From the NCBI GenBank assembly GCA_964016885.1, contig OZ024748.1, positions 3,100,001 to 3,164,000 on the forward strand: a stretch of 64,000 nucleotides of DNA, in the 5' to 3' direction. Source of the DNA: Eledone cirrhosa. Taxonomy: Eukaryota. This document shows positions 53,627 to 64,000 of this stretch, one piece after another. The notes beneath the pieces were generated by a model. That model ran no database searches, was not told where the DNA came from, and saw only the letters and a list, made by a program, of their open reading frames with translations. Numbering within the stretch: the first letter of the stretch is position 1; every line of letters begins with the position of its first letter. Both the position numbers and the translations under genes were made by a program.

Positions 53627-56069
53627 ATGGAAAAACAATATTTAGGAACCTCCTTAAAAAACATACCAATACCTTCTAAGGACGACTTCTTACTCCTTAT
53701 GATTCAGAAAACTAATAATTTTATCAGAAGGGTTAGATGGAGAGCCTACCACTTTGATAGAAAATCTAAACAAGCAGATCGGAAATATATGTATGATTTC
53801 AACACTTACAAGAATCCACCACACAACTTTTTACTTGAAGACTTCGAGAAAGACCTTTTTAATTTAATTAAACATCTCAAATTTAAAAAGTATAAATCCG
53901 TCTTTCAAAAGGACCTTGATTCTACCCTATTGGACCTAAAAAAGTCTAAAAAAATCCATGTCCACTCGGACAAAACTGGTAACTTGTATCATATGGATAT
54001 TGAACATTATAATGAGTTCATATATAAAGAACTCAGAAAAAGTTATAAAAAATCTAATAATGCGTCACTCACCAACATCAACAACAAAACACACAACATA
54101 GTAAAAAAACTAAATATTGAAGATAGAACTGAACCTTTGGCATTGAGAAGTCCACACTTCAACCTGAAAGATCACAAATCTAACTTTAACTCTAATCCTT
54201 CTATTAGACTTATATGTCCCTCCAAATCAGATATTGGAATAATTAGCAAAAAAATTTTAGATAGAGTCATCCCACAAATAAGAAAATACGTTATTTTACC
54301 ACTCTGGGAAAACACCTCCCAGGTAATTAATTGGTTTAAAAATATTAGGTGTAAATCTTCTGCTTCTTTCCTACAGTTTGATATAGATAACTATTATTCT
54401 TCTATATCACCCATACTCCTGAACAAAGCATTAATATTTGCTAAAAATAGATCTAATTTAACTTCGGATGACATTAACATTATTACACATGCTAGACAAA
54501 CACTTATTGAATTTCAGAACGAATACTGGACCAGAAACACTTATAGTAATCTTTTTGATATTACTATGGGTTCAAGCGATTCTGCCCAAATTACTGATCT
54601 TGTGGGCCTCTTTCTCCTTTTCAACATAAATGCCTCTTTTCCCCACCTCAAAGGTGGTTTATATCGTGATGACTGTCTTCTTCTTTCTAACAACCTTAGC
54701 CTTTCAGAAATCGAAAAAAACAAAAAGCATATTAGAACTTTCCTTAAGGACTATTATAATCTTAATATTACTTTTGAAAAAACAAGTAAAGTAGTAAATT
54801 TCCTAGATATAACTTTAGATTTAGCTACGGGTATATACCAACCTTACCATAAACCTAACCAAAACTTACATTACATACACTCACAATCTAATCACCCTAA
54901 ATCTATCCTTAAAAACCTTGCATATAATATATCACTTAGAATTTCTAACCTTTCTTCTAACCAAGATGTATTTGATAAAAATGCGACCTTTTATAATGAA
55001 GCTCTAGATAGAAGTGGCCACAAAAATAGATTAGAGTATATAACTTCTACTAAAAATACTGAAAACATACAGCATAATATTACCAACAAACACCAAATGA
55101 AAGGTACACACCTAAATGCCACCCACAGTATACCCCAAAATACTAAATCTTCTAATATAAAGTATAGTAACCCTCAAAAAACTACTCATCATAAGACTAT
55201 AATAAATATTAATAATAAAACTCCTAATAAAAAAGATAAAACACCTAAATCTACAAATATAACTAAAAATAGTTGTGGTGAGATCATTAACATTATTCCT
55301 CCTAGTAAAAATCATGATACAACATATAAAAATAATAAAAATAATAAACAACATAGAAACCGTAATAGACGAGTTACTTGGTATAATGCTCCTTTTAATT
55401 TACAAGTTAAGGATAATATTGCTAAAAAAATTTTTTTATATCCTTGAGAAAAACTTCCCGCCAAACCACAAATACCATCAAATCTTAAATAGGTCTACAG
55501 TTAAATTCTCATATTCTACAACAAATAACATAAAACAAAATATAAGTGCATATAATGCATATAAATGTAAGAAAACTATAAGTATACCACCAGTACATCA
55601 AATTAACAATAATATCTCCTCAAATACAGAATTAACGAAAGGATGTAACTGTAGAAACAAAACAAACTGCCCATTAAAAGGGAATTGTCTTGTTAACAAC
55701 ATAGTCTATAAATGTAATGTTAAAACTAAAGATTCTATTTGCTCATATATAGGAGCTACCTCTAACAATTTTAAGACAAGGTATAATACCCACAAACATA
55801 GCTTTAAAAATGCCGCACTGGCTAATACAACATCTCTAGCAGAAAAAATCAATAGTTATAAAAATAAAAATATAAAATATGATTTGACCTGGAGTGTGCT
55901 CAAAAGAGCCACCCCTTATCAAAATAATAGAAAGGAATGTAGATTATGTTCCCAAGAACTATTTGAAATAATGAAGTCTAGGGATATCTTATTAAATAAA
56001 AGACAGGAATTAATTATATCGTGTAATCATAAACTAAAAAAAACATTTAAATATTATAAACCTAATTAA
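53627..56069 (+). CDS. PLE reverse transcriptase + GIY-YIG endonuclease (~813 aa if a +1 A at 55424-55430 is removed)
   Basis: N-terminal SLKNIP and FIRRVRWRAY, DKT motif. RT motifs FDIDNYYSSI, ITMGSSDSA and GLYRDD, then VNFLDITL. CNCRNKTNCPLKGNC knuckle, IVYKC...YIGAT...FKTRYNTH, and CRLC...LLNKRQE. Confidence 0.92.
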
Positions 56070-57765
56070 TAACATTATTCTAGAATTTAATTTAATTTAA
56101 ATGTTAGTTAACCTATAAATTTAATTTAATTAATATTTTATTACAGATGAGAAAATATTATGTAATCATTAATTTTGAAAAACCTTTAAATATTACTAAT
56201 ATATATTCAGTAATTTAATTTATAGATTAATTTTAACTTATTTTAACCTTTTATTATAATTTTTTAATTTAGTTTAACCTTTTATTATAAAATTTTTTTT
56301 ATTATAATTCTTTTACAGATAAAATATAACAAAATAATATCATGTATCCTATGACGGAGAAAGAATTTTTAGTATTATTGACCTAATTAATATACATTTT
56401 GGAAATATATTTATTATTTGGTTTTAGCTTTAATCAACCTAAAACTTTAATTTTAATTTTAATTTGCTTAAAATTAGTATCCTTGTACAGACGAATTGCA
56501 GAATTTCATGTAATCATAGAATGGGAGGTGTTTTTGGATATATACCTAGTTAATATATTCTGTGCAAATTTTTTGAAAAAGATATGTATATCTATATGTA
56601 TATGTATATGTGTGTATTGTATGTGTATCTGTATGTATATTTATGTGACTATATATGTATGTATGTGTGTATATATATGTATATATATATATATATATAT
56701 GTGTATGTATATGTATATGTATGTGTATGTGTATGTATATGTATGTGTATGCGTATTAATTTTGATTTTTATTTGCATATAATTATATTATGCTATTGAT
56801 GAAATACAATATCTGCTTTATGTATTGTATACCTAATTAACATATACTAATTAACATATACTATTGAAATAAATATATAATTTTTAACTTAGTTAACATA
56901 TAATTTATATGCTACTACCGATGTAATACTTTATTTTATTTTTATTTGGGTTTCTTTTCCCTATTATTAACTTTAATTTAGTTATAATGTAATTAATAAT
57001 CTACTACTGTTTGACTTCATAATTCTGCTTCAAATATTATAAACCTAACTAATTTACACCTTGGAAATCAATATGTTGACTATCTTTGGTTTAGTTGACA
57101 TATGATTAATGGTATACTTTTTTATTTTGTGATGCATAGATTTCGTATTTCCTAGCATTGAAAATATGTAAGAACATACATTGAATTAAGATATGGAAAA
57201 TATTATAGGTTTCTTGAAACATATATTTACTTTGATCCCCTTCTCCAAACCCCCCCCTTTCCCCCATACTATTATCATCTGTTTTTGTAAGTGTATATGT
57301 ATGAATATATGGGTAGATGGGTGTCTATATAGTTTTTTTTTTGGTATTTATTTCTAGATATAAAAATACATATATGAGCATGTAAATATGAATGTAAGAT
57401 TGAGTGTGTATATATGATTGTACATACATATGTATGTATATGTATGTATATATATGTATTTTATATATGTACGTGTATGTGAATGTGTGGTATATATATG
57501 TGTAGGTATATGTATATATGTGTGTGTATGTGTATGCTTGTATATAGGAATATATATGTGTGTATATATGTATATATGTATATGCGTGTTTGCATGTATG
57601 TGTATATGGGTTCTGTATATATTTGTATGTCTCTCTATTTATATGTTTATCTTCGTATCTATGTGATATATGTGTGTGTGTGTGTGCATGTATGCATATG
57701 TATGTGTTTGTGTGTGTTTGTATGTGTGTGTGTATATATATGTATGTATTTGCGCACACTCACAT

Positions 57766-57804
<39 letters not shown>

Positions 57805-57895
57805 AGTGTGTATGTGTGTCTGTATGTGTGTGAGTGTGTATATATGTGTATGTATATATATATATATGTGTATGTATGTGTATGTGTGTGTATAT

Positions 57896-57931
<36 letters not shown>

Positions 57932-58070
57932 ATATAGGTGTCTATGTGTGAATATATGTCTTTATTCGTATGTGTGTATTTATATATGTTTATATTTAGG
58001 TGTATGTATGTATGTGTATGTATGTATGTATATGTATGTGTATGTATGTATATGTGTATATGTGTGTATA

Positions 58071-58101
<31 letters not shown>

Positions 58102-58197
58102 TATTCTTTATTATTATTGTAATATAACTTATGTGTATATGTGTATAAGTGAGGTTGTGTATGTATATATACTATGTGTATATATAAGGGTAATGAA

Positions 58198-58228
<31 letters not shown>

Positions 58229-58320
58229 CATGTCTGTATTTTATGTGTGTGTGTATATATATATATGTGTATGTGTGTATATATGTATGTATATATGCAT
58301 ATATGTGTACGTGTGTGTAT

Positions 58321-58369
<49 letters not shown>

Positions 58370-58482
58370 TGGATGTTTGTATGTGTTTTCATGGTGGTAT
58401 GAGTGTGGGATATATATATGTTTATGTATAGGTATATGTATGTGTATGTATATATATATGAGTCTATGTGTGTGTGTGTATA

Positions 58483-58527
<45 letters not shown>

Positions 58528-59296
58528 ATGTGTGTATGTGTTGCGCGTGTGTGTGTCCGTATTTTTATCTTTTTATATGTGTATGTGTATGTTCGTGTAA
58601 ATGTATGTGTGTGTATGACAGTATAGGTATGTGTGTATGTATGTATGTGTAGATATCTCTATGTGCGCGTACATGTATGTATGTGTATGTATATCTGTAT
58701 GCGTATGTACATTATATTATATGTAATATATTTTATTGTTTTTATTTTTTTATTTTTCATAATTTATAGATACATTTATATTAGGCTGTCTGGTCTGACA
58801 ACCTAATACTGACCCCTCCCCCCCCCTCCCACCTAATTTCTGTATCTTGATCTTGAAATGTATGTACCAGTGTGTTTATGTGAGTGACTTAATTTCTATT
58901 TGCTTATGATTTTATATCCACATATATAAATGTGAGTGGGGGGTGTGTGTGTGTTTGTGTGTTCGTGGTAATGTGTATATTTATATATATACGCACATGT
59001 ATGTGTGATTATACTGATATGTGTGAGTATGAAAAAAATATATTTATATGCTTGACTACATAAGTATCATTGCGTATCTTATCAGCGCATTAAGCTTACA
59101 GAGATATTAACCTTGAAATTTTTTATTTGCATCCATCTTTTTAGTATGCACATACATATTATACACACATTATTGTAAAATGTGTGTAGGGTTTTACATG
59201 TATATACACACACCAAACTGCTTTTTAACCCTTTGTGTTTTCATTGGTCAATTTTGAACTGATATTTTGAATTGTTGTTATTATCAATAAATATAC

Positions 59297-59451
59297 TTCA
59301 TTATTTCTGAAGACGGCGTATATATGAGTTAGGTATGTATATTTAATCTTGATAATTTGTATAATTTTGTATAATTTTGTACATAGATCTGTTAAATATG
59401 CATACCAATTATAGCACATATATACCCTAGAAACGATCGTTAAATAGTGAA
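59297..59451 (+). ncRNA. Hammerhead ribozyme in the 3' pLTR
   Basis: Copy of 53129-53283. Confidence 0.8.
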
Positions 59452-59634
59452 CTTTTTTTGTTTAATATAAGGAATTGTTTGTTCATTATTTGTTTAATAT
59501 TTTATCTTGACTCTGTATACCGTTTATCTTTCACCGAAATTGGATTTTCATTACATCTCTTCTTTCCATGATATCCGGAATACATTGAGTTCTTCATACG
59601 GATTGGACACTACCGTAAACTCTTGGTAGATTTA

Positions 59635-59673
<39 letters not shown>

Positions 59674-59699
59674 GTTTGTATATATATATATATATATAT

Positions 59700-60622
59700 T
59701 TATTAAGATAGTAGAAAGACCAGGTACCTCCATAAAAACACTTATTAGCAAGACATACCCTTTTCAAAGACCCTCATGTATAGATAAGAAATGTATAACC
59801 TGTAAAATAAGCCCCCATATTAACTGTAAAACTAGAAATGTAGTGTATAGCATAAGATGTACCGAAGGACAATGTAGAGACAAAAATATAGTGTACATAG
59901 GTGAGACAGCTCGTAGTGTAGGGGAACGGATAAATGAACACTGGCGAGACCTTCAAGATAATAAAGAATCATCTGTACTCTACCAACATGCTAAGATAGA
60001 ACACAAGGGTAAATTAGAGAACATAGAAATAAAAATAGAATCTACACACAGAAAAGACGCAATGTTTAGACAAATTACAGAGGCAATAAACATAAAAGAA
60101 TTACAACCAAAATTAAATAGAAAATATGAGTGGAACAGCAACATCACAACTTACAATTAAGGACAAAATGAAAACACACACACACATAGAACAAACAACC
60201 AACCAGTAACATGTAAATAAACAAATAGATAAATGAACATAAACACACACAGACACCCGGATGTGGCACATGCGCAGACTGAGCACACAACACACACACA
60301 GAAACAAAATGGCGTAGGACAGAACAAAGGAGAGGCACAGAAACAAAGAAAGGAGTCCCCAGTCACTGAAGAGGTCACAGAGTGTGTGACGAAAGAACTA
60401 TGACTATATATAAACAACTATCTGGTTGTGGAACCAACCAACCAACCAGAAATTTATAAATTTATAAATTTGTAAATTTATAAATATATAATAAATTGAA
60501 GTGAAAGCAACTGGCGCGTGTGTTTCTTATTGGCAACATGACCCTCCCAAAGTATAACAATATCGGTTTCAACACACGATTTCAGATAAAGAATCTTGCT
60601 AAACAAATTCAGAAACGAAATA
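59700..60622 (+). mobile_element. Second, unrelated Penelope-like element 3' fragment (GIY-YIG C-terminus + pLTR)
   Basis: C-x4-C-x2-C knuckle, NVVYSIRC...VYIGETARSVGERINEH, RQITEAINI...LNRKYEW, stop at 60160. Hammerhead downstream. Flanked by TA repeats. Confidence 0.88.
60361..60405 (+). ncRNA. Minimal type I hammerhead ribozyme
   Basis: agtca-CTGAAGA-g-gtcaca-gagtg-tgtgac-GAAA-gaac-TA-tgact. Stems I and II are perfect, stem III is weak, CUA site. Confidence 0.75.
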
Positions 60623-60624
60623 TA

Positions 60625-60846
60625 TTTATGTTTGTATATATATATATATATATATATTTATGTTTGTATATATATATATATATATATATTTATGTTTGTA
60701 TATATATATATATTTATGTTTGTATGTGTATGTATATATATATATGTTTGTATGTATATATATGTTTGTATGTATATATATATATGTTTGTATGTATATA
60801 TATATATATATGTTTGTATGTATATATATATATATATGTTTGTATG

Positions 60847-60877
<31 letters not shown>

Positions 60878-60886
60878 GTTTGTATG

Positions 60887-60919
<33 letters not shown>

Positions 60920-60935
60920 TATATATGTTTGAATG

Positions 60936-60968
<33 letters not shown>

Positions 60969-60981
60969 TATATATGTTTGA

Positions 60982-61022
<41 letters not shown>

Positions 61023-61791
61023 TGTATGTATATATATATGTTTGTATGTATATATATATATATATGTTTGTATGTATATATATATATATGTTTGTATGTA
61101 TATATATATATATATGTTTGTATGTATATATATATATATATGTTTGTATGTATATATATATATATATGTTTGTATGTATGTATATATATATATATATGTT
61201 TGTATGTATATATATATATATATGTTTGTATGTATGTATATATATATATATATGTTTGTATGTATATATATATATGTTTGTATGTATATATATATATATA
61301 TGTTTGTATGTATGTATATATATATATATATGTTTGTATGTATATATATATATATATGTTTGTATGTATATATATATATATATGTTTGTATGTATATATA
61401 TATATATGTTTGTATGTATATATATATATGTTTGTATGTATATATATATATATGTTTGTATGTATATATATATATATGTTTGTATGTATATATATATATA
61501 TATGTTTGTATGTATGTATATATATATATATGTTTGTATGTATATATATATGTTTGTATGTATATATATATATATATGTTTGTATGTATGTATATATATA
61601 TATATGTATGTATATATATATATATGTATGTATATATATATATATGTATGTATGTATGTATATATATATATATGTTTGTATGTATATATATATATATGTT
61701 TGTATGTATTTATATATATGTATATATATATGTTTGTATGTATATATATATATATATGTTTGTATGTATGTATATATATATGTTTGTATGT
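60625..61791. repeat. GTTTGTATG(TA)n array, right block
   Basis: Same anchor as 42245-45187. Confidence 0.95.
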
Positions 61792-62447
61792 ATGAAACCT
61801 GGATCTACCAGTATGATGCTGAATCCAAACAGCAGTCAAAACAGTGGCTTCCACGTGGATCATCGGAGCCAATCAAGTTCAAATCTCAAAAGTCGGATCA
61901 AAAAGTGATGGCCACCATTTTCTGGGATTCAGATGGGGTGATACTAATAGATTATCTTGAAGGTCAAAGAACTGTGACAGGAGCTTACTATGCAAATGTT
62001 TTAAGGAAGCTGAAAGAGGCATTAGTCAAGAAACGAAAAGGGAAACTTCATGGTGGGATCTTGTTTCACCATGACAATGCACCAGCGCATTCTGCGTGGG
62101 TTGCAAAAGAAGTTCTTCGAGAATTTAGATGGGAAGTGCTTCCTCACCTGCCTTATAGTCCAGATTTAGCCCCATCAGACTTTTTGCTCTTTCCAAAACT
62201 CAAAGAAATGCTAAAAGGAACCCGTTTTAGTGGTGTTGAAGAAGCTAAAAACACTGCCAACACATGGCTTCGAACAAGGCCTTCAACTTTCTTTAGAGAC
62301 GGCTTACGAAGCTGGAAACATCGCCTTGTCAAGTGTATTGACCTGGATAGTAACTATGTAGAAAAATAAATTGATGGTAAATCATATTTTTTGAAAAATA
62401 GAATATTTTCTGAAAAATTCTGCGAACTTTTTGATTCCCCCCTCGTA
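61792..62447 (+). mobile_element. Mariner transposon 3' half (DD34D transposase fragment + right TIR), irritans/Hsmar2-like
   Basis: [32 protein letters not shown] and [10 protein letters not shown], stop at 62369. TIR ...gaactttttgattcccccctcg|TA. The N-terminal half is absent from the window. Confidence 0.92.
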
Positions 62448-62937
62448 TATATGTTTGTATATATATATGTTTGTATATATATATGTGTTTGTATGTTTGT
62501 ATATATATATATATGTGTGTTTGTATATATGTATATATATATATATATATGTTTGTATATATATGTATATATATATATATATATATGTTTGTATATATAT
62601 GTATATATATATATATATATGTTTGTATATATATATATATATGTTTGTATGCATTTATATATATGTGTGTGTATGTATTTATGTATATAAATATGTATGT
62701 ATATATGTGTGTATATGTCAATCAGTACAATGTACTGACTCCACTTCAATTTGTTTCCTCACAACCTCCGTAAATTTGCATATTGTCATTTTTCACTCAT
62801 GGAAATTACCACAACTATCCATGACAGATTTTTTACGTAGATGTTTAAAGTTGGGGATAATCAGGAGAATATTAACCTCAAGCCACACCAACCACACTCC
62901 TCATTATTTTGTCACATATTTCTTGACTTATACAGGA

Positions 62938-63760
62938 ATCATCGTCGTCATCATCATTTTTAGATCCGTTTTTCAACACTTGCATGGATTGGACACATCC
63001 TTCTCATCACAACATCTCTCCACTCACCGTGTTCCTTCGTGATCTCCTGCAAATCTCAATGATTTGATGTCAGCTCTCACTACCTCTACCCAAGTCTTCC
63101 CTGGTCTACCTCTACTACAGCTTCCCTCAACTCTTACAACCTCTACCCAGGTCTTCCTTGGTCTACCTCTACTACAGCTTCCCTCACCACCTCTACCCAG
63201 TTCTTCCTTGGTCTACCTCTACTACAGCTTTCCTCACCACCTCTACCCAGGTTTTCCTTGGTCTACCTCTACTACAGCTTTCCTCACCACCTCTACCCAG
63301 TTCTTCCTTGGTCTACCTCTACTACAGCTTCCCTCACCACCTCTACCCAGTTCTTCCTTGGTCTACCTCTACTACAGCTTCCCTCACCACCTCTACCCAG
63401 TTCTTCCTTGGTCTACCTCTACTACAGCTTCCCTCACCACCTCTACCCAGTTCTTCCTTGGTCTACCTCTACTACAGCTTCCCTCACCACCTCTACCCAG
63501 TTCTTCCTTGGTCTACCTCTACTACAGCTTCCCTCAGCTCTTAAACCTCTGCCCAAGTCTTCCTTGGTCTACCTCTACTGCAGCTTCCCTCACCAAACCT
63601 GCTCAGGTTTTCCTTGGTCTACCTCTACTGCGGATTCCTTCCACTTTTTCACCCATCAATCATCATCCATGTGCATCACATGTCCATACCAATGCAGTCT
63701 TCTCTCCTGTACACCATCTTTGATTCCTATAAAACCCAGCTTCTCCCTCAGCTAATCCAA
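62938..63760 (-). mobile_element. RTE LINE 3' end containing a 50-bp tandem expansion
   Basis: (GAT)-type tail at ~62938-62960. The minus strand encodes LHWYGHVMHMDD and repeated RGRPRK(T/N)WVEVV. Unit gtctacctctactacagcttccctcaccacctctacccagttcttccttg occurs about 10 times. Confidence 0.85.
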
Positions 63761-64000
63761 GCTCTACCTTTGTCACACTTGCATTGTATATAGATGGTAA
63801 TAAAAAATGAATGTATTTCATTCGAAATATGGTTAACAATAATATATAGTCTTGTAACTTTTGATAAAACCAACCAGCAGGAGGAGAGCCAGGGGTAGAC
63901 TCCGAGTAAGATGGTTGGATAACATCCATTAGCTTGGGGATCCAGCTGGATCAGTTGGAGACGGTTGCTTCTGACAGGATCTGCTGGAAGGAGTGTTTAA

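Larger units (their letters stand above)
45408..59638 (+). mobile_element. Penelope-like retroelement (Naiad-type): inverted arm + pLTR + ORF + pLTR
   Basis: 45408-49231 is the reverse complement of 49514-53337. 49231-53470 is directly repeated at 55399-59638 (period ~6168 bp). The RT/GIY-YIG ORF lies between the repeats, and both ends abut (TA)n. Confidence 0.95.

Noticed and set aside
53627-56069. Selenocysteine recoding, as reported for some Naiad elements
   Set aside because: The Cys positions of the knuckle and endonuclease are ordinary Cys codons. The TGA at 55445 arises only from the frameshift.
63860-63985. Possible minus-strand exon at the window edge
   Set aside because: An acceptor-like ttccag is present, but no frame gives an identifiable product and the context is cut off.

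Overview
Eukaryotic (animal) genomic DNA, AT-rich and dense in microsatellites and transposons. The repeat families look like those of a coleoid cephalopod such as Octopus (inference, not verified). Two host genes are supported. The first is the last four coding exons of a TMPPE-like metallophosphoesterase (+, 618-7189, followed by a probable 3'UTR intron). The second is a two-coding-exon galactose-3-O-sulfotransferase (-, 29995-29970 joined to 24199-23050). The rest is RTE and CR1 LINE copies, tRNA-type SINEs, TTAA MITEs, a mariner fragment and large minisatellites. The standout is a young, almost intact 14.2-kb Penelope-like retroelement with Naiad-type motifs (45408-59638). It has 4.2-kb microsatellite-filled pseudo-LTRs, a 3.8-kb inverted arm, an RT + GIY-YIG ORF broken only by a 1-nt homopolymer slip, and three copies of a hammerhead ribozyme with an unusually long stem II. 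In total I can fold eight hammerhead motifs by eye. Two of them form a ~420-bp non-coding foldback mini-element with one ribozyme on each strand, and one lies in sense orientation just downstream of the TMPPE stop codon. Most long ORFs in the ORF track are artefacts of tandem repeats.
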